64,000 bases of DNA from Candidatus Eiseniibacteriota bacterium (GTDB lineage Bacteria; Eisenbacteria; RBG-16-71-46), in NCBI GenBank assembly GCA_963725865.1, contig CAVSAC010000012.1:704001-768000 (forward strand). The letters are read 5' to 3'. The translations under genes and the position numbers were made by a program. The notes below the pieces were generated by a model. The model did not search any database and was not told the origin of the DNA. It saw only the letters and a list, made by a program, of their open reading frames with translations. Below are positions 31,520 to 41,097 of the stretch, piece by piece. The number at the start of each line of letters is the position of its first letter. Position 1 is the stretch's first letter.

Positions 31520-32853
31520 GCCCGCTCCGCCGCCGCAGGCCCGCGCGCCGCGCCGCGACCTCCCGCCCGCGTCGCGCCCCCGCGACGCGCGCCCGGCGCC
31601 GCAGCGGACCGGCGACCGAGCCGCGCCCCCGGCGGGACAGCATCTTCCTCGGCGTCGAGGAGGCGGTGCGGCGCATCGGCGCCGGGAAGATGCTGATCGT
31701 GGTCGACGACCGCGAGCGCGAGAACGAGGGCGACGTGGTGTTCGCCGCCCAGTTCGCGACTCCCGAGAAGGTGAACTTCGCGCTCAAACACGGGCGCGGC
31801 ATCCTGTGCGCGCCGATGGCGCCCGAGGAGAGCGAGCGGCTGGGCCTCAAGCTGATGGTGTCGGAGAACACCGCGCGCTTCGGCACCCCGTTCACCGAAT
31901 CGGTCGACGCGCGCCGCGGCACCTCCACCGGCACCTCGGCGTTCGACCGCGCGAAGACCCTGCGCCTGCTGGCCGAGCCGCGCTCGCGCTCGCGCGACCT
32001 CGCGCGGCCCGGGCACGTGTTCCCGCTGCGCGCGGTGCCGGGCGGCGTGCTGCGCCGCGCCGGCCACACCGAGGCGGTGCCGGACCTGTGCACGCTCGCG
32101 GGCCTGCGGCCGGTCGGCGCGCTGTGCGAGATCCTGACCGATGACGGCCACATGATGCGGCTGCCCGAGCTGCAGCGGTTCGCCCGCGTGCACGGGCTCG
32201 GCATCCTCGCGATCCGGGACCTCATCGAGTACCGCCGCCGCCGCGAGCACCTCGTGCGGCGGATCGTGAGCGTGCCGCTGCCGATCGCCGAGGGCACGTT
32301 CACGCTGCACCTCTTCCAGGAGACGATCGAGAACGATCATCACGTGGCGCTGGTGATGGGCGACGTGCGCAAGGGCGGGCCGGTGCTGGTGCGCGTCCAC
32401 TCGCAGTGCCTGACCGGCGACGTGTTCGGCTCCCAGCGCTGCGACTGCGGCCCGCAGATGCACGCCGCGCTGCGCGCCATCGCGCGCCGCCGCCGGGGCG
32501 TGTTCGTCTACCTGCGCCAGGAGGGCCGCGGCATCGGGCTCGCGAACAAGCTGCGCGCGTACGCGCTCCAGGACCGCGGGCTCGACACGGTGGAGGCGAA
32601 CGTCCGGCTCGGCTTCCCGGCCGACCTGCGCGACTACGGCATCGGCGCCCAGATCCTCACCGACCTGGGGCTCACGCGCATCGAGCTGCTCACCAACAAT
32701 CCGCGCAAGATCGTGGGCCTCGAGGCGCACGGGCTCGAGATCGTGCGGCGGGTGCCCCTGCGGGTGAAGCCCACCCCGCACAACCGGCGCTACCTGGCCA
32801 CCAAGCGCGACAAGCTCGGGCACCTGCTCGGCCTCGAGCTGGGGGAGACGTGA
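31516..32853 (+). CDS. ribBA: DHBP synthase / GTP cyclohydrolase II with Arg-rich N-terminal extension
   Basis: DDRERENEGD, RPGHVFPL, GHTEA, RVHSQCLTGDVFGSQRCDCG, QEGRGIG, LLTNNPRK. Confidence 0.95.
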   Translation: MSPLRRRRPARRAATSRPRRAPATRARRRSGPATEPRPRRDSIFLGVEEAVRRIGAGKMLIVVDDRERENEGDVVFAAQFATPEKVNFALKHGRGILCAPMAPEESERLGLKLMVSENTARFGTPFTESVDARRGTSTGTSAFDRAKTLRLLAEPRSRSRDLARPGHVFPLRAVPGGVLRRAGHTEAVPDLCTLAGLRPVGALCEILTDDGHMMRLPELQRFARVHGLGILAIRDLIEYRRRREHLVRRIVSVPLPIAEGTFTLHLFQETIENDHHVALVMGDVRKGGPVLVRVHSQCLTGDVFGSQRCDCGPQMHAALRAIARRRRGVFVYLRQEGRGIGLANKLRAYALQDRGLDTVEANVRLGFPADLRDYGIGAQILTDLGLTRIELLTNNPRKIVGLEAHGLEIVRRVPLRVKPTPHNRRYLATKRDKLGHLLGLELGET

Positions 32854-32855
32854 GC

Positions 32856-33329
32856 ATGCGCGAGTTCAAGGGCGACCACGACGCGACCGGCCTGCGGTTC
32901 GGGCTCGTGGCGGCCCGCTTCAACGAGAAGTACGTCCAGCGCCTGGTCGACGGCGCGCTCGAGACGCTGCGCCGCCAGGGCGCCGACGAGAGCGCGCTCG
33001 AGGTGTGGTGGGTGCCGGGCTCGCTCGAGCTGCCGCTGGCGGCGCGCTGGCTGGCGGAGGGTCCGCGCGCGTCCAGCGCCGTGCTCGCATTCGGCGTGAT
33101 CGTGCGGGGCGAGACCGAGCACTTTCGACTGGTCGCCGACCAGTGTGCGCGCGGGTTGCTCGACGTCGGGTTGACGACCGGCACCCCGGTGCTCAACGGC
33201 GTGCTGGCCTGCCACGACATCGCGCAGGTCGAGGCCCGCATCGGCGGCGCCGTCGGTCACACCGGGATCTCGACCGCGCTCGCGGCCATTCCGATGGCGC
33301 GGCTGCGCTCGCTGCGGGAGCGTCGGTGA
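32856..33329 (+). CDS. ribH: 6,7-dimethyl-8-ribityllumazine synthase
   Basis: ARFN, VPGSLELP and RGETEHF motifs; operon position. Confidence 0.92.
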   Translation: MREFKGDHDATGLRFGLVAARFNEKYVQRLVDGALETLRRQGADESALEVWWVPGSLELPLAARWLAEGPRASSAVLAFGVIVRGETEHFRLVADQCARGLLDVGLTTGTPVLNGVLACHDIAQVEARIGGAVGHTGISTALAAIPMARLRSLRERR

Positions 33330-33757
33330 CGCGCGAGGTCCCGACGGCCCGACGGCGCGCGCGGGCGCTCGCGTTCCGCGTCGTCTACCAGTGCGACGTC
33401 ACCGGGGACGCTCCGCTCGACGCCTGGCGCGGCCTGCGCGACGAGGAGCACCTGAGCGAGGACCAGCACGAGCTGGTCGAGGACGTGGTGCGCCACCTCG
33501 CCGAGCACGGCGGCGAGGTGGACGCGGCGCTCCGCGACGCGCTCGACCGCTGGCCGCTCGAGCGGCTGGCGGCCACCGACCGCGCGGTGCTCCGCATCGC
33601 GACCGCCGAGCTGCGCGCGCGCGCCGGGAGCCCGGCGCGGGTGGTGATCGACGAGGCGATCGAGCTGGCGCGCCTCTACGGCAGCGAGGAGTCCGGCCGG
33701 TTCGTCAACGGCGTGCTCGACCGCGTCGCGCGCGCGCTGCGCCCCGGGGAGTTCTGA
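33326..33757 (+). CDS. nusB: Transcription antitermination factor NusB
   Basis: RRRAR..A, W.LERL...DRAVLR, VIDEAIELA, FVNGVLD; canonical ribH-nusB synteny. Confidence 0.92.
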   Translation: MTREVPTARRRARALAFRVVYQCDVTGDAPLDAWRGLRDEEHLSEDQHELVEDVVRHLAEHGGEVDAALRDALDRWPLERLAATDRAVLRIATAELRARAGSPARVVIDEAIELARLYGSEESGRFVNGVLDRVARALRPGEF

Positions 33758-34482
33758 TGCGGCGCGCGGTGCTGAGTGACATCCACGGGAACCTGGACGC
33801 GCTCGAGGCGGTGCTCGCGGAGCTCGAGCGCCAGCAGCTCACCAGCCTGGCGTGCCTCGGCGACTTCGTCGGCTACGGCGGCGCCCCCAATCCGTGCGTG
33901 GAACGGTTGCGATCGCGGGTCGAGGCCGCGGTGTGCGGCAACCACGACGTCGTGGCGTCGGGCCGCCTGCGCCTCAGCGCGTTCAACAGCGAGGCGGCGA
34001 CCGCCGCGCGGTGGACCTCCGAGACGCTCGAGCCCAGCCATCGCGAATGGCTCCAGTCGCTCCCGTACGTCGCGCGCTGGCACGGCGCGCTGCTGGTCCA
34101 CGCGTCGCCGGTGGAGCCGGAACAGTGGCACTACGTGCTGTCGCCGTACGAGGCCGAGCACGAGCTGGCGGGCTTCGAGGAGTCGCTGTGCCTGATCGGA
34201 CATTCGCACTATCCGGGCGCGTTCGAGCAGGAGGGCACCCGCGTGCGCTACACCCGCGAGCCGCAGGTGCAGATGCAGGCCGGACGCCGCTACATCGTGA
34301 ACGTCGGGAGCGTGGGGCAGCCCCGCGACGGCGATCCGCGCGCCGCCTTCCTGGTGTGGGACGACGAGCGGAGCACCCTGGAACACGTGCGGGTCGCCTA
34401 CGACATCGAGCGGGCGATGGCCCGCATCCTCGAGGCGGGCCTGCCCCGTTTCCTGGCCGAGCGCCTGCAGTGGGGGGAGTGA
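33757..34482 (+). CDS. Metallophosphoesterase family protein
   Basis: SDIHGN, LGDFVGYG, GNHD, GHSH, NVGSVGQPRDGDPRA. Confidence 0.9.
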   Translation: MRRAVLSDIHGNLDALEAVLAELERQQLTSLACLGDFVGYGGAPNPCVERLRSRVEAAVCGNHDVVASGRLRLSAFNSEAATAARWTSETLEPSHREWLQSLPYVARWHGALLVHASPVEPEQWHYVLSPYEAEHELAGFEESLCLIGHSHYPGAFEQEGTRVRYTREPQVQMQAGRRYIVNVGSVGQPRDGDPRAAFLVWDDERSTLEHVRVAYDIERAMARILEAGLPRFLAERLQWGE

Positions 34483-34484
34483 CG

Positions 34485-35273
34485 ATGGCCGAACCGGCGC
34501 CGTCCCGCGTCTCGACGCTCGACCACTGGGAGTCGTACTGGAAGAGCCACGCCGACCTCGACCGCACGTACTCGACCGGCGGGCGGCTGGTGCGCGAGGT
34601 GCTGCGCGACGGCGACGTGCGCGGACGGCGGGTGATGGAGGTCGGCGCGGGCTCGGGTCGCGACCTGCTGGCGCTGGTGCGCGAGGGCGCGCGCGGCGTG
34701 GTGCTCGACTACTCGCCGGCCTCGCTCGAGCTGGTGCGCCGGCAGGCGGCCGCGCAGGGGCTGCCGGTCCACCTGGTGCGCGCCGACGCGCTGCGCATGC
34801 CGTTCCGCGACGGTACGTTCGACGTCGTGTTCCACCAAGGCCTGCTCGAGCACTTCCGCGACCCGATGCCGCTGCTCCGCGAGAACGCGCGCGTGGCCGC
34901 GCGCGGCGGGCGCGTGATCGTCGACGTGCCGCAGACGTTCCATCTCTACACCGTGATGAAGAACGTGCTGATCGCGCTCGATCGCTGGTTCGCCGGCTGG
35001 GAGACGCAGTTCACGCCGGCGCAGCTCGAGCGGCTGGTGGCGGCGACCGGGCTGCAGGTGCGGCGCACCTATGGCGAATGGATGGTGCCCGGGCTCGGGT
35101 ATCGCGTGGTGCGCGAGCTGCTCAAGCGCGGCACCGGGCTCGCGCTGCCGCTGGAGCCGCGCGGTCCGGAGTGGTGGGCGGCCGGCTGGGAGGCGCTGCG
35201 CGCGCGGCTGTCGGGTACGCGCTGGGCGACCTGGACCGCCCACGTGATCGGAACCGTGGCCGAGAAGCGATGA
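34485..35273 (+). CDS. Class I SAM-dependent methyltransferase
   Basis: MEVGAGSG and ADALRMPFRDGTFDVV...GLLEHF. Confidence 0.85.
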   Translation: MAEPAPSRVSTLDHWESYWKSHADLDRTYSTGGRLVREVLRDGDVRGRRVMEVGAGSGRDLLALVREGARGVVLDYSPASLELVRRQAAAQGLPVHLVRADALRMPFRDGTFDVVFHQGLLEHFRDPMPLLRENARVAARGGRVIVDVPQTFHLYTVMKNVLIALDRWFAGWETQFTPAQLERLVAATGLQVRRTYGEWMVPGLGYRVVRELLKRGTGLALPLEPRGPEWWAAGWEALRARLSGTRWATWTAHVIGTVAEKR

Positions 35274-36397
35274 GCCGCCCCCTCCACCTGCTGGCGGTCA
35301 ACTTCCGCGACCCGGAGCATCCCGAGGCCGGCGGGGCCGAGCTGCATCTGGAGGAGATCCTGCTCGAGGCGGTGCGGCGCGGACATCGCGTGACCTGGCT
35401 CGCCACCACGTTTCCCGGCGGGCCCACCGAGGTCGAGCGGCGCGGGATGCGCGTGGTCCGCCGCGGCGTCTGGTGGAACTTCAACTGGGTGGTGCCCCGC
35501 GTGCTGGCGAGCGAATTCGCGCGTCCCGCGCCCGACCTGGTGATCGAGGACATCAACAAGGTGCCCTGCTTCACGCCGATGTGGACGCGTGCCCCGGTCG
35601 CCGCCATCGTGCCCCACCTGTTCGGGACCGCGGCGTTCCAGGAAGCGGCGGCGCCGGTCGCGTTGTACGTGCAGGCGCTCGAGGCCCTGATCCCGTCGCT
35701 CTACCGCGGCACGCGCTTCCTGGTGATCTCGGAGAGCACGCGCGACGACCTGATCGCGCGCGGCGTGCCGGCCGACCACATCGTCGTCGTCCACTGCGGG
35801 CTCGACCACGACACCTACCGGTTCGATCCGGGGGCGGGGAAGACCACGCACCCGAGCCTGGCGTTCGTCGGGCGGTTGCGTCGGTACAAGGGCGTGGACT
35901 GGCTGCTGCGCGCGCTGCCGCGGGTGCGCGAGCGGGTGCCCGCGGTGCGGCTCGAGATCATCGGCGACGGACCGTGGAAGTCGGCGCTCGAGCGTTCGGC
36001 CGCTGAGTTGGGAATCGCGGATGCGGTCGACTTCTGCGGCTTCCTGCCGCGGGCCGAGAAGGTGCGGCGCCTGCAGCGCGCCTGGTGCCTGGTGCAGCCG
36101 AGCCCCAAGGAAGGCTGGGGGCTGACGGTGGTGGAGGCCGGCGCATGCGGCACCGCGGTCGTGGCCGCCGACAGCCCGGGGCTGCGCGACTCGGTGTGCC
36201 GCGACGAGACCGGCCTGCTGGTGCCGTTCGGCGACGACGCGGGGCTTGCCGCGGCGCTGGTGCGCGTGCTCACGGACGTCCCGCTGCGTGACGCGCTCGC
36301 GATCGGCGGGCTCACGTGGTCGACGCGCTTCACGTGGCCCGATTGCGCCGAGCGGTCGCTCGACGCCATGCTGCGCGGACGGGAGGGATCATGGTGA
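35270..36397 (+). CDS. GT4-family glycosyltransferase
   Basis: AGGAE, VGRLRRYKG, EGWGLTVVEAGACGT. Confidence 0.88.
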   Translation: MSRPLHLLAVNFRDPEHPEAGGAELHLEEILLEAVRRGHRVTWLATTFPGGPTEVERRGMRVVRRGVWWNFNWVVPRVLASEFARPAPDLVIEDINKVPCFTPMWTRAPVAAIVPHLFGTAAFQEAAAPVALYVQALEALIPSLYRGTRFLVISESTRDDLIARGVPADHIVVVHCGLDHDTYRFDPGAGKTTHPSLAFVGRLRRYKGVDWLLRALPRVRERVPAVRLEIIGDGPWKSALERSAAELGIADAVDFCGFLPRAEKVRRLQRAWCLVQPSPKEGWGLTVVEAGACGTAVVAADSPGLRDSVCRDETGLLVPFGDDAGLAAALVRVLTDVPLRDALAIGGLTWSTRFTWPDCAERSLDAMLRGREGSW

Positions 36398-37398
36398 GCC
36401 CTGCGTCCGGCGGGCGGCCGAGCCTCAGGACCATTCTGCTGCTGAGCGCGAAGGTGGTGTTCAGCGTCGGGCTGATGGCGTTCTTCGTGAAGCGCATCTC
36501 GCTCGACGACCTCGGCGTGGCGCTGCGCGCCGCCGATCCGCGCGGCCTCGCGCTCGCCGCGGCGTTGCTGGTGTTCTCGAACGTGCTCGGCTCGCTGCAG
36601 TGGGGCCAGCTGCTGCGCGCGGTCGACATCCGCATCCCGTTCTGGAAGGTGTGCGCCTACTATCACGTCGGGTTGTTCTTCAACAACTTCCTGCCCGCGA
36701 ACATCGGCGGCGACATCGCGCGCGTGTTCGACGCCTCGCGCCACGCCGAGACCAAGGCGGCCGCGGTCTCGACGGTGCTGATGGACCGCCTGGTCGGCAC
36801 CCTGGCGCTCGGAGGGCTGGCGCTCGTCACGACGCTGCCGGCGATCGACCGCTTCCACCTGTCGGTGGTCTACCTGATGGTGGTGGGATTCTTCGTGGTC
36901 ACCGTGCTGCTGGTGTGGGCGATCTTCCATCCGGCGCTGCTGCCGGCGGTCGAGCGCCTGCTCGCGCGGTTCGGACTGGGCGGGCTCAAGCCACATCTGG
37001 ACGACCTCGCCGAACGGCTGAAGGGATTCCGCGGCGAGCGGGGACTCTTCACGCGCTTGCTCGCGCTCGCGACCGTGGTGCAGGTGTCAAGGATCGGTGT
37101 GCACGTGCTGGTCGCGCGCGCGCTCGGCCTCCACATCGAGATCGCCTACTTCTTCCTTTTCGTGCCGTTGCTCGCGGTGATAGTCTCGCTGCCCATCTCG
37201 CTGAACGGCATCGGGGTTCGTGAAGGGGCGGGGATCCTCCTGTTCGGCCTGGTCGGGGTCGATCGGGCGCATGCCTTCTCGCTGCAATTCACCACCTACC
37301 TCGTCGCCGTCGCCGTCAGTCTGCTCGGAGGACTGGTGTTCGTCGCGCGCATCCCGAGCAGGCGAGCGGAAGCACGGCAGTCCCGGAGGTCGAACTGA
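36391..37398 (+). CDS. Lysylphosphatidylglycerol-synthase-TM-domain (flippase-like) membrane protein
   Basis: FFNNFLPANIGGD, DRLVG and LPISLNGIGVRE motifs; multiple TM segments. Confidence 0.82.
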   Translation: MVSPASGGRPSLRTILLLSAKVVFSVGLMAFFVKRISLDDLGVALRAADPRGLALAAALLVFSNVLGSLQWGQLLRAVDIRIPFWKVCAYYHVGLFFNNFLPANIGGDIARVFDASRHAETKAAAVSTVLMDRLVGTLALGGLALVTTLPAIDRFHLSVVYLMVVGFFVVTVLLVWAIFHPALLPAVERLLARFGLGGLKPHLDDLAERLKGFRGERGLFTRLLALATVVQVSRIGVHVLVARALGLHIEIAYFFLFVPLLAVIVSLPISLNGIGVREGAGILLFGLVGVDRAHAFSLQFTTYLVAVAVSLLGGLVFVARIPSRRAEARQSRRSN

Positions 37399-40124
37399 TG
37401 GACATGGGCAGGCGTACCACGATGGTCCTCGCCCTCGTGGTGTTCCTCATCGCCGCGACCGTCTACTTCATCACGCTCACCCCCACGGTCCCCTTCTGGG
37501 ACGCCGGCGAGTTCATCGCCGTCGCCAACATCCTCGGCATCCCGCATCCGCCCGGCACGCCGACCTACGTGCTGATCGCCCGCATCTTCACGATGATCCC
37601 GTGGGCGTCGGTCGCGCAGCGCGTCAACGCGTTGAGTGCGATCTCCTCGGCGCTGGCGGTGATGCTCACCTACCTGGTGTGCCTGCGCCTCATCCAGGGC
37701 GCGATGCGCGATCGCCTGACGCCGCAGAACAAGTGGCTGGCGCACGTGGGCGCGATCGCCGGCGCGCTGATGCTGGCGTTCTCCGACGCGTACTGGGAGA
37801 ACTCGATCGAGGCCGAGGTCTACCAGATGATGAGCCTCGCGCAGATCCTGGTGCTGTGGCTCGGACTGCGCTGGTGGGACGAGCACGAGCAACAGCCCTC
37901 GGTGGGCCTGCTGCTGGTCGCCGTCTACGTGATGTGGTTGTCGGTCGGACTGCACCTGGGCGTGGGCGTGATGGGGCTGCCGCTGCTCCTGATGGTGGCG
38001 ATCGCGGACCGCCGCGTGGCGCTGCTGTTCATGATGCCGTTCCTCGCGGTGCTGCTGTGCACGGCGGGGCTCGAACGCATGGCCGGCGCCGTCATCGTGC
38101 TCTCGACGCTGACGTTCATGGGCTTCGCGCAACAGCGCAAGCTGCCGTGGTGGGTGGTGCTGACGTGCGCGGTGCCCGCGCTGTGGGGCACCAGCATCGC
38201 GTTCGGCGACAAGTCGTTCGACTTCGTCACGGGCACCATCGCCGCGCTCTCGGTCGCGGTCCCGCTCGTGATGCTCGCGGGGCGCCACCGCGAAGGCCGC
38301 ATCCTCGCGCTCGCCCTGCTGCTGATGGTGATCGGGTACTCGACGCACGTCTATCTGCCCATCCGGGCCGCGCAGCACCCGGCGGTCAACGAGGGCGACC
38401 CGTCGACCTGGAACAACCTGCGCGATCTGCTCGAACGCAAGCAGTACGGACAGATGAACATGTTCGTGCGCCGCGCCGACATCAAGATCCAGCTCGGGAA
38501 GGAGTTCTGGCGCTACTTCAGCCGCCAGTGGCCGGTGCTGCCGTTCGACAACAAGGGGCTCGCCTCGCTCCTGGCGCTCTCGCTCGGCGTGATCGGGGCG
38601 GGGTGGCAGGCCGCGCGCGATCCCAAGCGCTGGTTGCCGGCGTTCGTGTTCTTCGGATTGAACACGGCGGGGTTGATCGTGTTCCTGAACTTCAGCGACC
38701 ACGAGGTGCGCGACCGCGACTACTTCTTCCAGAGCGGCTACCACGCGTTCGCGCTGTGGATCGGCGTCGGCAGCACGTGGCTGATCCTGTTCGTGCGCGA
38801 GGCGTTCACCGAGGGATCGCAGGCCGCGCGCTGGAGCACGTGGGCGACCGCCGGGCTGCTCCTGGCGCAGCCGTTCGTGCTGGCGAAGCAGCTCTGGTAC
38901 GAGCACGACCGCCGCGGCAACTACGTGGCGCGCGACTACGCGTACAACATGCTCGCGCCGCTCAAGCCCGACTCCTTCCTGTTCACGAACGGCGACAACG
39001 ACACGTTCCCGCTGTGGTACATCCAGGAGGTGGAGGGCTTCCGCAAGGACGTGCGGGTCGTCAACATGAGCCTGCTGAACACCGACTGGTACATCCGGCA
39101 GCTGAGGGACGAAGCCCCGAAGCTCCCGGTCGCGCTCGACAACACGATGATCACGCGCGGACTCGGTGACGGCGTGTTCCGGATCCCGCCCGGCCTCTCG
39201 AAGACGGAAGTGGACTCGCTGCTGAAGCCGTACATCGCGCAGGGCGGCGGCGTGGACCAGGAGGGCATCGTGCTGCTGCCCGACGGCCGCGGCGGGTACA
39301 AGCCGGTCTTCACGAACGACTTCATGGCCGGTCACATGATCGAGCACAGCCGGCTGCCCGGCGGTCGCTGGAGCCGGCAGCCCTACATCGCGGTGACGGT
39401 GCCCGACCACGTCGGCTACGATCGCAATCTCACGCTCGAGGGACTGGTCTACCGCGTCAACCCGGACACCACGGGGCCCGAGGTCGACGAGCAGGCCACC
39501 CGCCACGCGCTCTACGACGTCTTCAAGTATCGCGGACTGTTCAAGGCCGACGGCTCGTGGGACTCGACCGTGTACAAGGACGAGAACTCGGAGACGCTCT
39601 CGCGCAACTACGCCGCCGCGCACATCAACCTCGCGCTGCTCGCGCGCCGCACGGGCAACCTGCGGGTCGCGATCGCCGAGATGGAGCGCGTCGAGCGCAT
39701 GTTCCCGACGCTGTCGGAGGTGCTCAGCCCACTCGGACAGTTCTACATCGAGGCGGGCGACACCGCGCGGGCGTTCGCGTTCTACGAGGCCCAGGTGCGG
39801 CGCAACCCGCAGAGCGCCGAGGCGCACTACTACTACGGCGCCGTGCTGGCGGTGCGCCAACGGGTCCCGGAGGCGGTGAAGGAGTTCGATCGGGCCATCG
39901 GGCTCGATCCGAACCTCAACAACGCCTACTACTCCGCCTACTCGCTGCTGTGGGAGGCGGGCCAGCGCGAGCCGGCGCTGCGCTACCTCGAGCGCTGGCT
40001 GGACGGGCATCCGGACGACGCGCAGGCGCGCCAGCTCTACGAGATCCAGCGCCGGGCGCTCGGTGGCGGGAACGCGCCGCAGCCGATGCTGCCGCGGCCC
40101 ATGCTGTCGCCGGGCACACCGTAA
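37398..40124 (+). CDS. DUF2723 / TMEM260-like GT-C membrane protein with C-terminal TPRs
   Basis: PTVPFWDAGEFIA...LGIPHPPGTP, EAEVY, RDRDYFF, FTNGDNDTFPLWYIQEVEG; TPR-like helices at the C-terminus. Confidence 0.85.
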   Translation: MDMGRRTTMVLALVVFLIAATVYFITLTPTVPFWDAGEFIAVANILGIPHPPGTPTYVLIARIFTMIPWASVAQRVNALSAISSALAVMLTYLVCLRLIQGAMRDRLTPQNKWLAHVGAIAGALMLAFSDAYWENSIEAEVYQMMSLAQILVLWLGLRWWDEHEQQPSVGLLLVAVYVMWLSVGLHLGVGVMGLPLLLMVAIADRRVALLFMMPFLAVLLCTAGLERMAGAVIVLSTLTFMGFAQQRKLPWWVVLTCAVPALWGTSIAFGDKSFDFVTGTIAALSVAVPLVMLAGRHREGRILALALLLMVIGYSTHVYLPIRAAQHPAVNEGDPSTWNNLRDLLERKQYGQMNMFVRRADIKIQLGKEFWRYFSRQWPVLPFDNKGLASLLALSLGVIGAGWQAARDPKRWLPAFVFFGLNTAGLIVFLNFSDHEVRDRDYFFQSGYHAFALWIGVGSTWLILFVREAFTEGSQAARWSTWATAGLLLAQPFVLAKQLWYEHDRRGNYVARDYAYNMLAPLKPDSFLFTNGDNDTFPLWYIQEVEGFRKDVRVVNMSLLNTDWYIRQLRDEAPKLPVALDNTMITRGLGDGVFRIPPGLSKTEVDSLLKPYIAQGGGVDQEGIVLLPDGRGGYKPVFTNDFMAGHMIEHSRLPGGRWSRQPYIAVTVPDHVGYDRNLTLEGLVYRVNPDTTGPEVDEQATRHALYDVFKYRGLFKADGSWDSTVYKDENSETLSRNYAAAHINLALLARRTGNLRVAIAEMERVERMFPTLSEVLSPLGQFYIEAGDTARAFAFYEAQVRRNPQSAEAHYYYGAVLAVRQRVPEAVKEFDRAIGLDPNLNNAYYSAYSLLWEAGQREPALRYLERWLDGHPDDAQARQLYEIQRRALGGGNAPQPMLPRPMLSPGTP

Positions 40125-40137
40125 CCTCGGAGGTCGC

Positions 40138-41097
40138 ATGGCGGGGACGCGTGCGCTGGTGACCGGGGCGGCCGGCTTCATCGGCTCGACCCTCACCGAG
40201 CGCCTGCTCGATCGTGGCGTGGCGGTGACGGGCGTGGACTGCTTCACCGACTACTACGATCCGGCGCTCAAGCGCCGCAACCTCGAGCGCGCGCTCGCGC
40301 ACCCGGCGTTCGCGCTGCTCACGCTCGATCTCGGGGCGGCGGACCTCGCCGCGCTCCCGGAGGTCGACGTGGTGTTCCACCAGGCCGCGCAGGCCGGGGT
40401 GCGCGCGTCGTGGGGCGCCGACTTCGCGACCTACGTCCATCACAACGTGCTCGCCACCCAGCGGCTGCTCGAGCGCTACCAGGACGCGCGCCTCGAGCGC
40501 TTCGTGTACGCGTCGTCGTCGTCCGTGTACGGCGACGCCGAGCGCTATCCCACCGACGAGGCGCTGCTGCCGCGGCCGTTCTCGCCCTACGGGGTGACCA
40601 AGCTCGCGGCCGAGCACCTCGTGCTGCTCTACGGTCGCAACTTCGGACTCCCGGTCTCGGCGCTGCGCTACTTCACCGTGTACGGACCGCGCCAGCGCCC
40701 CGACATGGCGTTCCATCGCTTCTGCAAGGCGATGCTGGCAGGCGCGCCGATCACGGTGTACGGCGACGGCGAGCAGTCGCGCGACTTCACGTTCATCGAG
40801 GACGCCGTCGAGGCCAACCTGCTGGCGTGGCAGAAGAGCGCGCCGCAGGGCGTGTACAACATCGGCGGCGGCTCGCAGGTCACGGTCCGCGAGGCGATCG
40901 CGATGCTCGAGCGCGCGCTCGGCGTGAAGGCCGACCTGCGCTTCGAGCCGCGCCCGCCCGGCGATCCGCTGCGCACCCGGGCCGACGCGACGCGGCTGAA
41001 GACCGACCTCGGCTACGTGACGCGCGTCGGGATCGAGGCGGGACTGGCGGCCGAGGCCGCGTGGGCGCGCACGCTCTACGCCGGGGACGCCCGATGA
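40138..41097 (+). CDS. NAD-dependent nucleotide-sugar epimerase (UDP-glucuronate/glucose 4-epimerase-like)
   Basis: GAAGFIG, AAQAGVR, SSSSVYG, YGVTK, YGPRQRPDMA. Confidence 0.9.
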   Translation: MAGTRALVTGAAGFIGSTLTERLLDRGVAVTGVDCFTDYYDPALKRRNLERALAHPAFALLTLDLGAADLAALPEVDVVFHQAAQAGVRASWGADFATYVHHNVLATQRLLERYQDARLERFVYASSSSVYGDAERYPTDEALLPRPFSPYGVTKLAAEHLVLLYGRNFGLPVSALRYFTVYGPRQRPDMAFHRFCKAMLAGAPITVYGDGEQSRDFTFIEDAVEANLLAWQKSAPQGVYNIGGGSQVTVREAIAMLERALGVKADLRFEPRPPGDPLRTRADATRLKTDLGYVTRVGIEAGLAAEAAWARTLYAGDAR

